Assembly: GCA_965248835.1 (NCBI GenBank)
Contig: CBDFLJ010000001.1
Coordinates: 640,001-704,000 of the forward strand
Source: Alphaproteobacteria bacterium
GTDB taxonomy: Bacteria; Pseudomonadota; Alphaproteobacteria; MPNO01
Direction: 5' to 3'
DNA: 64,000 nt
This document shows positions 31,769 to 43,173 of the stretch, piece after piece. Under the pieces are notes generated by a model that was not told where the DNA came from, made no database searches, and saw only the letters and a program-made list of their open reading frames with translations. Numbering within the stretch: position 1 is the first letter of the stretch; every line of letters starts with the position of its first letter. Both the position numbers and the translations under genes were made by a program.

Positions 31769-31968
31769 ATCCTGCGGGAGAGGTCGGCGGTCTGCCGGCG
31801 CCGAAGGAGCAAGCGTCCCGGAAACTCTCAGGCAAAGGGACCGCAGGGGGATGTGTCTCTGGAAAGCAGTCCGGTCCGTCTTGGGCGGGTCGGCCTCACC
31901 GAAGGGGTAAGCCCGCACCCGGCGACAGGCCGGGCGGGGGAATCTCTCAGGTCCACCGACAGAGGGGG
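31769..31968 (+). ncRNA. tandem glycine riboswitch
   Basis: Aptamer 1 GGGAGAG...CCGAAGGAGCAA...AACTCTCAGGCAAA; aptamer 2 CTCTGGAAAG...CACCGAAGGGG...AATCTCTCAGGT...GACAGAG; directly upstream of gcvT. Confidence 0.95.
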
Positions 31969-32009
31969 CGCGCGGCGCGACGCACGCGTGCCGTTTGTCG
32001 GAGACGCCG

Positions 32010-33146
32010 ATGAGCGTACCCCAGGACGCAGCCTTGCGGCGGACCCCGCTCAATGGGCTCCATCGCGCGCTCGGTGCCAAGATGGTGCCGTTCGCAGGCT
32101 ACGAGATGCCGGTTCAGTACCCGGCCGGAATCCTCCGGGAGCATCTGCATACCCGGACGGCGGTCTCGCTGTTTGACGTCTCGCACATGGGCCAGATCAC
32201 GCTCGGCGGGCCGGCGCGCGTCCCGGCCATCGAGGCGCTGGTGCCGGCCGATATCGAGGGGCTGGCGCCGGGTCGGATGCGCTACACGATGCTGACCAAC
32301 GAGGCCGGCGGCATCATCGACGATCTGATCATCACCAATGTCGGCGACTACCTGTTTGTCGTCGCCAACGCCGCCCGCAAGGCCGAAGACATCGCCCATA
32401 TCGCCTCCGCCCTGCCGGCCGGCTGCGCGCTCAATGAGCTTGCCGACCGGGCGCTGATCGCCCTGCAGGGTCCCCGCGCGGCCGAGGCGATCGCCGCGGT
32501 CGCGCCTGAGGCCGCCGGGCTTGATTTCATGTCCGCCGCGCCGTTCGTGGTCGACGGCGTGCGGCTTGCGATCACGCGCTCGGGCTATACCGGCGAGGAC
32601 GGATTCGAGATCTCGGTCCCGGCCGAAGACGCGGAAAAGATCGCCCACATCCTGCTCGAGGCGCCCGGCGTCGCCCCGGCCGGTCTGGGCGCGCGCGACA
32701 CGCTGCGGCTGGAGGCCGGGCTCTGCCTCTATGGCCAGGACATCGGACCGGAGACCACTCCTGTCGAGGCCGGGCTTGCCTGGACCATTGCTCGGCGCCG
32801 GCGGGAACAGAGAGGATTCCCGGGCGCGGACGTCATCACGGACCAGCTCGCCGCCGGGCCGCCGCGCCGGCGGATGGGGATCCTGCCCGACGGCGGTGCG
32901 CCGGCACGCGGCCATACCGAGGTCCGGGACGCCGCCGGAATGCGGATCGGCGAAATCACCAGCGGCGGCTTCGGGCCCAGCCTCGGCGGCCCCGTCGCCA
33001 TGGGTTATATCGCCTCCGAGGCCGCGCGCGAGGGCGCACCGGTGCAGGTCGTCGTCCGCGGCAGGCCGCGGCCCGCGCGGCTGGCGAGACTGCCCTTCAT
33101 TCCGCACCGCTACGCAAAGCGCCAAGGAGGCTCCGCCAATGGCTGA
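32010..33146 (+). CDS. gcvT: glycine cleavage aminomethyltransferase T
   Basis: MVPFAGYEMPVQY, LFDVSHMGQ, RSGYTGEDGFEI, GLGARDTLRLEAGLCLYG. Confidence 0.96.
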   Translation: MSVPQDAALRRTPLNGLHRALGAKMVPFAGYEMPVQYPAGILREHLHTRTAVSLFDVSHMGQITLGGPARVPAIEALVPADIEGLAPGRMRYTMLTNEAGGIIDDLIITNVGDYLFVVANAARKAEDIAHIASALPAGCALNELADRALIALQGPRAAEAIAAVAPEAAGLDFMSAAPFVVDGVRLAITRSGYTGEDGFEISVPAEDAEKIAHILLEAPGVAPAGLGARDTLRLEAGLCLYGQDIGPETTPVEAGLAWTIARRRREQRGFPGADVITDQLAAGPPRRRMGILPDGGAPARGHTEVRDAAGMRIGEITSGGFGPSLGGPVAMGYIASEAAREGAPVQVVVRGRPRPARLARLPFIPHRYAKRQGGSANG

Positions 33147-33513
33147 TCTCAGATACAGCGAAGATCACGAGTGGGTGCTCGTCGACGGCGACATCGCCGC
33201 CATCGGCATCAGCGACTATGCCCAGGAACAGTTGGGCGACGTGGTCTTCGTGGAGCTGCCGGAGCCCGGCAAAGCGGTCGCCAAGGGCGAGGAGGCCGCC
33301 GTCGTCGAATCGGTGAAGGCGGCGAGCGAGGTCTTCACCCCGGTCACCGGCGAAGTCGTGGCGGTCAACGGGCTGCTGGCCGAAGATCCCGGTTTGGTCA
33401 ACCGCGCGCCGACCTCCGAAGGCTGGTTCCTCAAGGTCCGCATGTCCAACCCGGGCGAGGTCGAGGGGCTAATGGACGCCGCCGCATACCAGACCTATAT
33501 CGGCACGCTCTAG
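33139..33513 (+). CDS. gcvH: glycine cleavage H protein
   Basis: [35 protein letters not shown] (lipoyl lysine). Confidence 0.97.
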   Translation: MADLRYSEDHEWVLVDGDIAAIGISDYAQEQLGDVVFVELPEPGKAVAKGEEAAVVESVKAASEVFTPVTGEVVAVNGLLAEDPGLVNRAPTSEGWFLKVRMSNPGEVEGLMDAAAYQTYIGTL

Positions 33514-33535
33514 CGACGGCGGCGGGGAAACCGGT

Positions 33536-34879
33536 ATGCGCTATCTGCCGCTCACCGAAACCGACCGACGCGCCATGCTGTCGAGGATCGGCGCCACCGC
33601 AATCGATGACCTGTTCGGCGATGTGCCGCCCGCGGCCCGCGCGCCGGATTTCGACCTGCCCGAGCACGCGGGCGAGCTGGAGGTCGAGCGCGCGTTGGGC
33701 GCGCTTGCCGCGCGCAACGTGCCGGCCGGCTCGGTCCCGTTCTTCCTCGGCGCCGGGGCTTATCGCCATCATGTCCCCGCGAGCGTCGATGCGCTGATCC
33801 AGCGCGGCGAGTTCCTGACCTCCTATACGCCCTATCAGCCGGAGTTCTCGCAAGGCACGCTGCAGGCCCTGTTCGAGTTCCAGACCCAGGTCGCACTGAT
33901 CACCGGGCTCGATGTGGCAAACGCCTCGATGTATGACGGGGCTACGTCCTGCCTGGAGGCCGCGAGCCTGGCCACGCGGGTGACCGGGCGGTCCCGTGTC
34001 GTGCTTTCGGGCGGGCTCCATCCGCATTACCGCGCCGTCATCGAGACCGGCTTCGTTTTCCAGCCGGTCGATGTCGAGGCGCTTCCGTTCGACTATGACG
34101 GCATCGAGACGCCCGATGCCGCGATCGACGACAGCACCGCCTGCGTCGTGGTCCAGTATCCGGACTTCTTCGGCCGGCTGCGAGACCTCAGCGCGCTCGC
34201 CGGGGCCTGCCATCAGGCGGGGGCGCTGCTGGTGGTCGCGGTCACCGAAGCGGTCGCGCTCGGCCTGGTGCGTGCGCCGGGCGAGATGGGCGCCGATGTC
34301 GTCGCCGCCGAGGGCAAGTCGCTGGGCAACCCGCTGAGCTTCGGCGGGCCCTATGTCGGGTTGTTCGCCTGCCGCGAGAAGTTCGTCCGGCAGATGCCGG
34401 GCCGGCTCGCCGGCGAGGCACTGGATGCCGACGGCAACCGGGGCTGGGTGCTGACGCTGGCAACCCGCGAGCAGCACATCAGGCGCGAGAAAGCGACCAG
34501 CAACATCTGCACCAATTCCGGCCTGTGCGCGCTGGCGTTTTCGATCCATCTGAGTCTCTTGGGGGAAGAAGGCTTTTCGCAGCTTGCCCGGCTCAACCAC
34601 GCCGTCGCGGTCCAGCTTGCCGAGCGGCTCGACCGCCTCGACGGTGCGGCGGTGGTCAATCGGTCTTTTTTCAACGAGTTCACCCTCCGGCTCGACCGGC
34701 CGGCCGAGCCTGTGGTCGAGGCGCTGGCCGGGCGCGGGGTGCTGGGCGGGGTGCCGGTCTCGCGCCTGCTGCCCGATGAGGACGAAGCGGTCCCGTTGCT
34801 GCTGGTGGCCGCGACCGAGACCGCGACCGAGGCCGACATGGCGGCCTTCGAAGAGGCTCTGAGGAAGGTGCTGCGATGA
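33536..34879 (+). CDS. gcvPA: glycine dehydrogenase subunit 1
   Basis: [49 protein letters not shown]. Confidence 0.96.
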   Translation: MRYLPLTETDRRAMLSRIGATAIDDLFGDVPPAARAPDFDLPEHAGELEVERALGALAARNVPAGSVPFFLGAGAYRHHVPASVDALIQRGEFLTSYTPYQPEFSQGTLQALFEFQTQVALITGLDVANASMYDGATSCLEAASLATRVTGRSRVVLSGGLHPHYRAVIETGFVFQPVDVEALPFDYDGIETPDAAIDDSTACVVVQYPDFFGRLRDLSALAGACHQAGALLVVAVTEAVALGLVRAPGEMGADVVAAEGKSLGNPLSFGGPYVGLFACREKFVRQMPGRLAGEALDADGNRGWVLTLATREQHIRREKATSNICTNSGLCALAFSIHLSLLGEEGFSQLARLNHAVAVQLAERLDRLDGAAVVNRSFFNEFTLRLDRPAEPVVEALAGRGVLGGVPVSRLLPDEDEAVPLLLVAATETATEADMAAFEEALRKVLR

Positions 34880-36396
34880 CCGGGCCGAGCCACCACGGGC
34901 TTCACTTCGAGGAGCCGCTGATCTTCGAGCAGGATGCGCTGGGGCGCTGCGGCGTCGATCTCCCCGAGCCGCCGACGGTCGCCGACAGGCTGGGCGGGCT
35001 CGGCCGGACCGGGGCGATCGGCCTGCCGGGCCTTTCCGAGCCGCAGGTCGTGCGCCATTACACCCGGATCAGCCAGAAGAACTACTGCATCGACAGCGGC
35101 CTCTATCCGCTGGGCTCGTGCACGATGAAACACAACCCCCGGCTCAACGAGAAGATGGCCCGCCTGGCCGGTCTTGCGGACATCCACCCACTGCAGCCGG
35201 TCTCCACCGTTCAGGGCGCGCTGGCGCTGATGCACCGGCTGACGGAATGGCTGAGGCAGCTCACCGGACTTCCCGCCATCGCCCTGTCACCGGCGGCGGG
35301 CGCCCACGGCGAATCGACGGGGCTGATGACCATCAGGGCGGCGCTGGAGGCCGGCGGTGCGGCGCGCCGCCGCGTGCTGGTGCCCGATTCCGCGCATGGC
35401 ACCAACCCGGCGAGCGCGGCGATGTGCGGCTACCAGGTCGCGTCCGTGCCGCTGAACGACCGCGGCCGGGTCGATCTCGCCGCGCTGCGCGCAGCCCTCG
35501 ACGAGGACGTCGCCGCGTTCATGCTCACCAATCCCAATACCTGCGGCCTGTTCGAGGACGAGATCCTGGAGCAGGCCGAGGCGGTCCACCGGGCCGGCGC
35601 CTACTTCTATTGCGACGGCGCGAACTTCAACGCCATCGTCGGGCGCGTCCGGCCGGCCGACCTCGGCATCGACTGCATGCACCTCAACCTGCACAAGACC
35701 TTTTCCACCCCGCACGGCGGCGGCGGGCCGGGCAGCGGGCCGGTCGCGCTGTCGGCGGCACTGGCCCGATTCGCGCCGGTGCCCTACGTAATCGAGGGTC
35801 CCGACGGCTTCACGCTGGTCGAGACCGAGAGCCAGAGCGCAACCGATGCCCGGCCGTTCGGCCGGATGAAAGGCTTCCACGGCCAGATGGGGATGTTCGT
35901 CCGGGCGCTCGCCTACATGATGAGCCACGGAATCGACGGGCTGCGTCAGGCTTCTTCGGATGCGGTGCTCAACGCGAACTATGTCCAGGCCAGCCTGGCC
36001 GATGTCATGAGCCCGGCCTATGACGGCCCGTGCATGCACGAGACCCTGTTTGACGACAGCTTCCTCAAGGGCACCGGGGTGACCACGCTCGACTTCTCCA
36101 AGGCGATGATCGATGCCGGTTACCATCCGGCGACCATCTACTTCCCGCTGGTCGTCCACGGCGCGCTGCTGGTCGAGCCGACGGAGACCGAGAGCAGGCA
36201 GAGCCTCGATCATTTCATCGCCACGGTCCGCGCCCTGGCCGAGCGCGCCAGGTCCGGCGATGCCGCACCGTTCCACGCCGCACCACAGGATGCGCCGCGG
36301 CGCCGCTTCGACGAGACCGAGGCCGCGCGGCATCCGAAACTGCGCTGGCGGCCCGAGACGGTCCCCGGTCAGGCCGCCGAACCGACGTTCAGTTGA
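34876..36396 (+). CDS. gcvPB: glycine dehydrogenase subunit 2
   Basis: [46 protein letters not shown]. Confidence 0.96.
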   Translation: MTGPSHHGLHFEEPLIFEQDALGRCGVDLPEPPTVADRLGGLGRTGAIGLPGLSEPQVVRHYTRISQKNYCIDSGLYPLGSCTMKHNPRLNEKMARLAGLADIHPLQPVSTVQGALALMHRLTEWLRQLTGLPAIALSPAAGAHGESTGLMTIRAALEAGGAARRRVLVPDSAHGTNPASAAMCGYQVASVPLNDRGRVDLAALRAALDEDVAAFMLTNPNTCGLFEDEILEQAEAVHRAGAYFYCDGANFNAIVGRVRPADLGIDCMHLNLHKTFSTPHGGGGPGSGPVALSAALARFAPVPYVIEGPDGFTLVETESQSATDARPFGRMKGFHGQMGMFVRALAYMMSHGIDGLRQASSDAVLNANYVQASLADVMSPAYDGPCMHETLFDDSFLKGTGVTTLDFSKAMIDAGYHPATIYFPLVVHGALLVEPTETESRQSLDHFIATVRALAERARSGDAAPFHAAPQDAPRRRFDETEAARHPKLRWRPETVPGQAAEPTFS

Positions 36397-36871
36397 GCTG
36401 GTAAGGGAGTTCGGCCACCGCCTCGTCGATCAGCGCGCCGGCGCGGTCCTGACCGAGCCGATCGGCGATAACCCGGCCGGCCGCCGCGATCGCGACATCG
36501 ATGGCGACGTTGCGGACCTCGCGGACGGCGTCGTCCTCGGCCTGGGCGATCTTCTCGCGGGCCAGCGTCTCGCGGCGGTCGAGCACCCGGTCGAGGTTGG
36601 CGCCTGCCTCGGCGGTGACGCGCTCGGCCTCCGCGCGGGCCTGCTCGATCGTCAGCTCGGCCTCGCGCGCCGCATCGCGCTGCTTGCGCTGGTACTCGGC
36701 GAGCAGATGCTGGGCTTCCTCGCGCAAGGTGCGCGTGTCATCGAGCGCGGCCCTGATCCGGTCGCTGCGTGCATCGAGCGCGGAGGTCATCGCGCGCCCC
36801 ACCGGCCGCACGATGCCGACCACTAGGATGACGAAGCCGACCGCGACCCAGAATTCCGGGGTCTCGAACAT
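36389..36871 (-). CDS. atpF: ATP synthase Fo subunit b
   Basis: PEFWVAVGF TM followed by a coiled coil (LDARSDRIR...KIAQAE); operon position. Confidence 0.9.
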   Translation of the reverse strand: MFETPEFWVAVGFVILVVGIVRPVGRAMTSALDARSDRIRAALDDTRTLREEAQHLLAEYQRKQRDAAREAELTIEQARAEAERVTAEAGANLDRVLDRRETLAREKIAQAEDDAVREVRNVAIDVAIAAAGRVIADRLGQDRAGALIDEAVAELPYQLN

Positions 36872-37365
36872 CAGCGCCGCTCGGTGAGCGCGGCCGCGAC
36901 GCCCGCTTCGACCGCCTGGCGGTCGGGCGCCTGGCCGGTCAGGCGCGCAGCAGCCGCCTCGGCGATCTCGATAGCGATCGCCTCGACATTCTCCAGCGCC
37001 GCGGCGCGCGCAGCTTCGATCCTGCCTTCGCTGACCGCCGTTTCCTCGGCGATGCGCCGGCCGATCTCCTCGTGGCGCGCGGCCGCCCTGGCCGCGAAGG
37101 CGTCCGCACTCTCGCGCAGGATCGATTGGGCCTCGGCGCGGGTCCTGGCGGCGGCTTCCTCGTAGGCGGCGAGCACGCCGGCGGCCTCCTTCTTCAACGA
37201 CTCGGCCTTGTGCAGGTCGTCGTCCATCCGCTCCTGGCGCTGGGTCAGCACCTCGGTGATGCGCGGCAGCGCCGCGCGCCACAGGACCAGGTAGAGCAGG
37301 GCGAACGTGACCACCAGCCAGAAAGCCTGGCCGAGATAGGTGTCGATCTGTTCGAGCTGCGGCAT
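36871..37365 (-). CDS. ATP synthase Fo subunit b'
   Basis: MPQLEQIDTYLGQAFWL...LPRI..VL..R, typical alphaproteobacterial b'. Confidence 0.92.
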   Translation of the reverse strand: MPQLEQIDTYLGQAFWLVVTFALLYLVLWRAALPRITEVLTQRQERMDDDLHKAESLKKEAAGVLAAYEEAAARTRAEAQSILRESADAFAARAAARHEEIGRRIAEETAVSEGRIEAARAAALENVEAIAIEIAEAAAARLTGQAPDRQAVEAGVAAALTERR

Positions 37366-37397
37366 GGCGGCCCGCCGCGCCTAGAAGCTGCCGGCCA

Positions 37398-37622
37398 TCA
37401 GCCGAAGAGGATCACGAGGGCCACGACCAGCGCGAACAGCGCGATCGCCTCGACCAGCGCGAACCCGAGCATGGTCATCGGGAAGACATCGCCGCGTGCG
37501 GCCGGGTTGCGCGCGACCGCGGATATGAACGACGAGAAGATCGCCCCGATCCCCACGCCGGAGCCGACGACGCCGATGACCGCGAGGCCGGCGCCGATGA
37601 CCTTGGCTGCGTCTAGTTCCAT
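37398..37622 (-). CDS. atpE: ATP synthase Fo subunit c
   Basis: IGAGLA..G..G.GVGIG, ARNP, GFALVEAIALF (ion-binding Glu). Confidence 0.97.
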   Translation of the reverse strand: MELDAAKVIGAGLAVIGVVGSGVGIGAIFSSFISAVARNPAARGDVFPMTMLGFALVEAIALFALVVALVILFG

Positions 37623-37669
37623 TCTGTCCCCTCTTTCCGCAAGATGATGCCTTCGACGCCGGCGACCGC

Positions 37670-38407
37670 TCAGTGCAGGTGCAAGGCGTCGTTGATGTAA
37701 AGGCAGGTCAGGATCGCGAACACGTAAGCCTGCAGGAACGCGATCACCAGTTCGAGGCCACAGAGCGCGGCAACGAAGGCCAGCGGCAGGACCCCCAGCG
37801 CGCCGAGCGCCGGCACGAAGCCGGCGAAGACCTTCAACAGCGTGTGCCCGGCCAGCATGTTGGCGAACAGCCGGACCGACAGGCTGATCGGCCGCGACAG
37901 GTAGGAGATGATCTCGATCGGGATCAGGAGCGGCCACAGCGCAACCGAGACGCCGGGCGGCACGAAGAACGAGAAGAAATGGACGCCGTGCTTGATGAAG
38001 CCCAGGATCGTCACCCCGACGAAGACCACTGCCGCCAGCGCGAAGGTGACGATGATGTGGCTGGTGAAGGTGAAGCTGTAAGGGATCATCCCCAACAGGT
38101 TGCCGAACAGGACGAACATGAACAGCGTGAAGACAAACGGGAAATAGCGCCGCCCGTCGCCGCCGATGGTGTCGCGGATCAGGTTGACGATGAATTCGTA
38201 GCTGAGCTCCGCCATCGACTGCCAGCGACCGGGCACCAGCGCGCCCCGGCGCATGCCGAAAACCAGGAACAACGAGATCAGGACCAGCGCGATCACCATC
38301 ATCAGTGCGGAATTGGTGAACGACAGATCGGCGTCGCCGAGCCTGATCGGCACCAGTGTCTTGATCTCGAACTGGGACAGCGGGCCGTGATGCTCAGCGC
38401 TCGCCAC
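37670..38407 (-). CDS. atpB: ATP synthase Fo subunit a
   Basis: SFTNSAL, VPGRWQ, RPISLSVRLFANMLAGH, LQAYVFAIL. Confidence 0.97.
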   Translation of the reverse strand: MASAEHHGPLSQFEIKTLVPIRLGDADLSFTNSALMMVIALVLISLFLVFGMRRGALVPGRWQSMAELSYEFIVNLIRDTIGGDGRRYFPFVFTLFMFVLFGNLLGMIPYSFTFTSHIIVTFALAAVVFVGVTILGFIKHGVHFFSFFVPPGVSVALWPLLIPIEIISYLSRPISLSVRLFANMLAGHTLLKVFAGFVPALGALGVLPLAFVAALCGLELVIAFLQAYVFAILTCLYINDALHLH

Positions 38408-38756
38408 GTTTTTTCGCCTCTTCCGCCTGCCGTCGGTCGGCGGCGTACCCGACACCTTGGCTCATGTTCGACATCACGCGATAGACATTCAGCATCCCCG
38501 CCGCCGCGCCGAGGACGAAAAAGACGATCAGCAACCACGGCGCGGTTCCGAGCCAGCCGTCGAGCAGCAGCCCGATCCCGACGCCCACCGCCAGCGCCGC
38601 GACCAGCTCGACACCGATCTTGAGAGCCTGGCTGAACCCCCTGCCGCGCTCGCGCGCTTCGGCCGCTGCCCGGTCCTCATCGGAATTATCGGCCCGTGCC
38701 CGCTTGAGCCGTGCATCCAGGTCCCGGAGGGATGGAGGAGGCTCGCGCTCGGCCAT
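38394..38756 (-). CDS. atpI: AtpZ/AtpI family protein
   Basis: ELVAALAVGVGIGLLLDGWLGTAPW...LGAAAGMLNVYR; first gene of the Fo operon. Confidence 0.88.
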   Translation of the reverse strand: MAEREPPPSLRDLDARLKRARADNSDEDRAAAEARERGRGFSQALKIGVELVAALAVGVGIGLLLDGWLGTAPWLLIVFFVLGAAAGMLNVYRVMSNMSQGVGYAADRRQAEEAKKRGER

Positions 38757-38950
38757 GGATCGACTGCGCTGGATACGTTGCGCCGTGGCGCCCGCGCCGC
38801 GGAACCGCAAGGCTCAAGGCGCAGGCGGGCGCACGATACGGAGAGCCCCGCGGCCTGTCAAGGACAATGCCCGACTCATCAACCCATTGAAATCACGAAT
38901 ATATTTTCGGCTCCGACGGTGCGGCAAAGCCGCGCATCACCGGCCCGCGC

Positions 38951-41900
38951 CTACGCCCGGTCGCGCAGCCGTTCGGCGGTCCCGAGGTCGACGGAAACGA
39001 GCTGGGAAACACCTTGCTCGGGCATGGTCACGCCGTAGAGCCGATCCATCCGCGCCATGGTCAGGCGGTGATGGGTGATCACCAGGAACCGTGTCTCGGT
39101 ATTGCCGGCGATCTCGCTCAAGAGATCGCAGAACCGGTCGACATTGTGATCGTCGAGCGCGGCATCGACCTCGTCGAGGACGCAGATCGGCGCCGGGTTG
39201 GTCAGAAAGACCGCAAACAGCAGCGAGATCGCCGACAACGCCTGCTCGCCGCCCGACATCAGCGACATCGTCTGCAGCCGCTTGCCCGGCGGGCTCGCCA
39301 TCACCTCGAGGCCGCACTCGAACGGGTCCTCGGCCTCGGTCAGTGCCAGCCGCGCGCTGCCGCCGTCGAACAGCCGCGTGAAAATCGTCCGGAAATGCCC
39401 GTCGATCGTCTCGAAGGCCCCCAGCAGCCGCTCGCGGCCCTCACGGTTGAGCCCGGCGATCCCCTGGCGCAGCTTGGCGATCGCGCCCACCAGGTCGTCG
39501 CGCTCCTCGTGCATCGCAGCAATCCGGGTGTCGAGCTCCGCCGCCTCGGTATCGGCGCGCAGGTTGACCGGACCCATGTTCTCGCGCTCGCGGAGATGGC
39601 GTTCCAGCCTGGCTTCCAGCGAGACGGCATCGGGGATCTCGGCGGTCTCGTCCAGGCCCGCGGCAGCGAGCGCGTCCTGCGGCGCGCAGCCCAGCCGCTC
39701 GCGCACCCGCTCGGCGACGGCCTCGATGGCCTGCTCCGCCTGGCCAAGCGCCGCCTCGCGGCGGACCCGCTCCTCGCGCTCCTCGGCGAGCCGCGCCTCG
39801 GCGGCGCGCAACGCGCGTGCACTCTGGTCGACCTGGGACTCGGCGTCGGCCAGGACGCCGGCGGCGCGGGTCCGGTCGGCCTCGGCCTCGGCGATCTCGC
39901 CCTCGATCGCGGCGCGCTTGCGCGCCAGGTCAGCCGGCCGGACGGCGAGCGATTCGCGCTCGGCGAGCGCGGTCTGGCGGCGTGAATCCAGGTCCTCGGC
40001 GTGCCGTGCCGCGTCTGCCGCGCGGCGGCGCCAGGACCCGATCTCGGCTTCGATCGCAGCGATCCGCCGCCGGCGTGCCTCGGCTTCGGCGACGTGGCGC
40101 TGATAGTCCTGGCGAGCCGCGTCGGCCTGCTCGCGCGACCGGGCCAGCCGGCTCCGCGCGGCGGCGAGCCCTTCGCCGGCGGCGGCGGGGTCCGGCAAGG
40201 CCGCGCGCTCCTTCCGCCCGGCAGCGAGCTGGGCATCGGCCGCTTCCAACTCGGCGTCGATCGCAGCCACCGCCTCGTCGTTCGACCGCTGATGCGCGCG
40301 CGCGGCCGCGAGACGGGACCGGAGATCGGATTCCGTCGTCTTGGCGCCGCTCAACGCCGCCTCGGCCAGGCGCAGCGCGTCGCGGGCGGCCCGGTCGGCA
40401 GCCACCGCATCGGCCAGCGCCCGGCCCGTCGTCTTTACCCGCGCGCCGGCCGCAGCAAGGTCCTCTTCGAGGCCGGTCAGGCAGGCGCGCAACGCGCCCA
40501 GGCGGTTGCGCTGGGCCATTCTGGTCGCGGCGGTCGTCGGCGTGCCCGCGGCGATGCGATACCCGTCCCAGCGCCACAGCGCGCCGGAGCGGGCAACCAG
40601 GCGCTGACCCTGGGCGATGCGGCCCACCAGCGCCTGGGCTGCCGCCTCGTCCTCGACCAGACCGATCTGGGCCAGCCGGCGCCGCAGCGCCGGCGGGGCC
40701 TCGACGACCTCGGACAGGGCGCGCGTGCCGGCGGGCAAGGCCGGCGCGTGCGCGTCCGGGCCGAGGTCGTGCCAATGGACGGGCGCAGCCGCATCCCCCG
40801 GCGCCAGGAGGTCGTCTCCAAGCGCGGTGCCAAGGGCAATCTCGTATCCCGGGCTCACCTTGACCACGTCGATCATCGGCGGCCAGAGGCCCGGCTCGCC
40901 GACCTCCAGCAGGGCTGCCAGCGCCGCGGTCTCGGCCTTGGCCCTGTCGGCGTCGGTCTCGGCGACGCGGAAGGCTTCGCGGGCAACGGCGGCGGCGTCC
41001 TCGGCGATGGCCCTGGCGTTCTCGGCCGCGGCCAGCGCCGCCTGTGCGGCTTGGAGTCGGTCGCCGGCCTCGGCGGTTTCCGCCCCGGCCGCGTCGAAGG
41101 CAGCCTCGAGCTCATCGACCGAGGACTGATCGGCCTGCGCTCCGAGCAGGTCGTCGCGCCGGGCGCTGTGCCGCACGCGCTGGGCTTCCAAAGCCTGCAG
41201 CCGGCGGTCGAGTTCGGTCCGGCGCGAGTCGATCTCGGCCAGCGCGCGCACTGCCTCGGCATGCTCCTCTTCGGCGGCAAGCACCGTCCGGTCGCACCCG
41301 GCGAGCCGTTCGGACAGCGTCTCGGCCGCCGCGGCGAGGTTGGCCTCCAGATCGCACAATTCGGTCTGCTCGGTGTCGAGCCGCGCAAGCGCCTCGTCCG
41401 CATCGGAGCGGCGGGTCCGCTCGCGCGCGAGGTCGCCATCGAGCTGTTCCAGCCGGTCGGCGAGCGCGGCCCGTGCTTCTTCGATCCTCCGGTTCTCCGC
41501 GTCGATCGCCTCGCGCGCCACCAGGAGGCGCTGAAGGGCCGCCGCCGCCTCGGCCTCCGCGCCGCGCAGACCCGGAAGCGCCGCGGCGCGGCTTTCCTGG
41601 TCGACCGTGGCGCGGGCGACCAGCCTGGTCGTCTCGGCAACCGTGTCCTCGGCCTCTGCAAGCGCCGCGCGGGCACCGGCCATGGCCTCGGTCGCCTCGC
41701 GCCAGCGGCGGTGGAACAGCATCGCCTCGGCGCGGCGGATATGGTCGCTGAGGTTCCGGTAGCGGCTGGCCTGCCGTGCCTGGCGCTTGAGTGCGCGGTG
41801 CTGGTCCTCCAGCGTGCCGATGACGTCGTCGAGCCGTTCGAGATTGGTCCCCGCGGCGTGCAGGCGCAGTTCCGCCTCGTGGCGCCTGGCGTGAAGCCCG

Positions 41901-42412
41901 GTGATTCCGGCCGCCTCCTCCAACACGCGGCGGCGCTCGGCCGGCTTGGCGTTGATCAGCTCGCCGATCCGCCCCTGGCTTACGATCGCGGTGGAGCGCG
42001 CGCCGGTGGAGGTATCGGCGAACAGCGTCTGGACGTCGCGCGCGCGCGCATCGCGCCCGTTGACCCGGAACAGCGACCCGCTGCCGCGCTCGATGCGGCG
42101 GCTCACGTCGATCTCGGCGCCCTGGTTATACGACGACGGCGCCGAGCGGTCGGCGTTGTCGATGCTGAGCAGGACCTCGGCGATGTTGCGCGGCGGCCGG
42201 TCGCTGGTGCCGGCGAAGATGACATCGTCCATCTCGCTGCCGCGCATCTGGGTGGGGGCGGCCTCGCCCATCACCCATCGCAGCGCCTCCACGATGTTCG
42301 ACTTGCCGCACCCGTTCGGGCCGACGATCCCGGTGAGCCCGGGATCGACGTGGATATCCGTCGGATCGACGAAAGACTTGAACCCGCTCAGGCGCAGCCG
42401 TGTGAAGTGCAA
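38951..42412 (-). CDS. smc: chromosome segregation protein SMC
   Basis: GFKSF, Walker A GPNGCGKSN, long coiled coils with hinge, signature MSGGEQ, Walker B LDEVDA, ITH. Confidence 0.97.
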   Translation of the reverse strand: MHFTRLRLSGFKSFVDPTDIHVDPGLTGIVGPNGCGKSNIVEALRWVMGEAAPTQMRGSEMDDVIFAGTSDRPPRNIAEVLLSIDNADRSAPSSYNQGAEIDVSRRIERGSGSLFRVNGRDARARDVQTLFADTSTGARSTAIVSQGRIGELINAKPAERRRVLEEAAGITGLHARRHEAELRLHAAGTNLERLDDVIGTLEDQHRALKRQARQASRYRNLSDHIRRAEAMLFHRRWREATEAMAGARAALAEAEDTVAETTRLVARATVDQESRAAALPGLRGAEAEAAAALQRLLVAREAIDAENRRIEEARAALADRLEQLDGDLARERTRRSDADEALARLDTEQTELCDLEANLAAAAETLSERLAGCDRTVLAAEEEHAEAVRALAEIDSRRTELDRRLQALEAQRVRHSARRDDLLGAQADQSSVDELEAAFDAAGAETAEAGDRLQAAQAALAAAENARAIAEDAAAVAREAFRVAETDADRAKAETAALAALLEVGEPGLWPPMIDVVKVSPGYEIALGTALGDDLLAPGDAAAPVHWHDLGPDAHAPALPAGTRALSEVVEAPPALRRRLAQIGLVEDEAAAQALVGRIAQGQRLVARSGALWRWDGYRIAAGTPTTAATRMAQRNRLGALRACLTGLEEDLAAAGARVKTTGRALADAVAADRAARDALRLAEAALSGAKTTESDLRSRLAAARAHQRSNDEAVAAIDAELEAADAQLAAGRKERAALPDPAAAGEGLAAARSRLARSREQADAARQDYQRHVAEAEARRRRIAAIEAEIGSWRRRAADAARHAEDLDSRRQTALAERESLAVRPADLARKRAAIEGEIAEAEADRTRAAGVLADAESQVDQSARALRAAEARLAEEREERVRREAALGQAEQAIEAVAERVRERLGCAPQDALAAAGLDETAEIPDAVSLEARLERHLRERENMGPVNLRADTEAAELDTRIAAMHEERDDLVGAIAKLRQGIAGLNREGRERLLGAFETIDGHFRTIFTRLFDGGSARLALTEAEDPFECGLEVMASPPGKRLQTMSLMSGGEQALSAISLLFAVFLTNPAPICVLDEVDAALDDHNVDRFCDLLSEIAGNTETRFLVITHHRLTMARMDRLYGVTMPEQGVSQLVSVDLGTAERLRDRA

Positions 42413-42427
42413 GGCGCTCTATACCCT

Positions 42428-43102
42428 CTAGTCCTTGGACAGGATCGGCTCTATGACCGCGCGCACCTGGGCGAAATTCAGCCCGCCATTGTACTTGCGG
42501 CCGTCGATGATCAGTGTCGGCGTGGAGCTGATCTTGTAATCGCGCCCGCCGGCAAGCCGCTGCTCGAGCACGAAGCGCTGGACGGACTCGTCTTTGAGGC
42601 ACGCATCGAATCGCGCCTGCGACATGCCGCCCAGACGGGCGATCCGGCCGAGTGCCTGAACCGGGTCGCGCGCCTCCGACCAGCGGCTCTGGTCCTTGAA
42701 CAGGATGTCGATGAAGCCGAAATAGCGCTCGGGCCCGGCGCAGCGCGCCAGCATCGAGCCGGCCAGCGCCAGCCGGTCGAGCGGGAAGTCGCGGTAGATC
42801 AGCCGCGCCTTGCCGGTCTCGATATAGGCCTTTTTGATCTTCGGCAGCACCTGGCCGTGGAACTCCGCGCAGTGCGAACAGGTGAGCGAGGCGTATTCGA
42901 CGATGGTCACCGGCGCGTCGGCGTTGCCCAGAATCATGTCGGTGTCGACGACCGGGACCGCATCGAACCTGTCGTCCGGCTCGGGAGCGGTGCTCTGGGC
43001 GAGCACGCTCGCACTCAAGACCATTGCCGTGCAGAGCCCGGCAATAGCATAGGTGATCGACCGCGCGTGAGGCTTCAAGATGTTCCACATTACCCGTTCC
43101 AC
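42428..43102 (-). CDS. DsbA family thioredoxin-fold protein
   Basis: Signal peptide, EYASLTCSHCA, RDFPLD, cis-Pro STPT. Confidence 0.9.
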   Translation of the reverse strand: MERVMWNILKPHARSITYAIAGLCTAMVLSASVLAQSTAPEPDDRFDAVPVVDTDMILGNADAPVTIVEYASLTCSHCAEFHGQVLPKIKKAYIETGKARLIYRDFPLDRLALAGSMLARCAGPERYFGFIDILFKDQSRWSEARDPVQALGRIARLGGMSQARFDACLKDESVQRFVLEQRLAGGRDYKISSTPTLIIDGRKYNGGLNFAQVRAVIEPILSKD

Positions 43103-43173
43103 CCTACAACATATAGACGATTCAACGTGTCACCGTCCAGCAACCCGTAAGCCCGATTGTTGCCGTGACCCGG

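Noticed and set aside
40001-43150. 1049-aa plus-strand ORF
   Set aside because: Antisense shadow of smc and dsbA; no motifs, and expected from high-GC codon bias.
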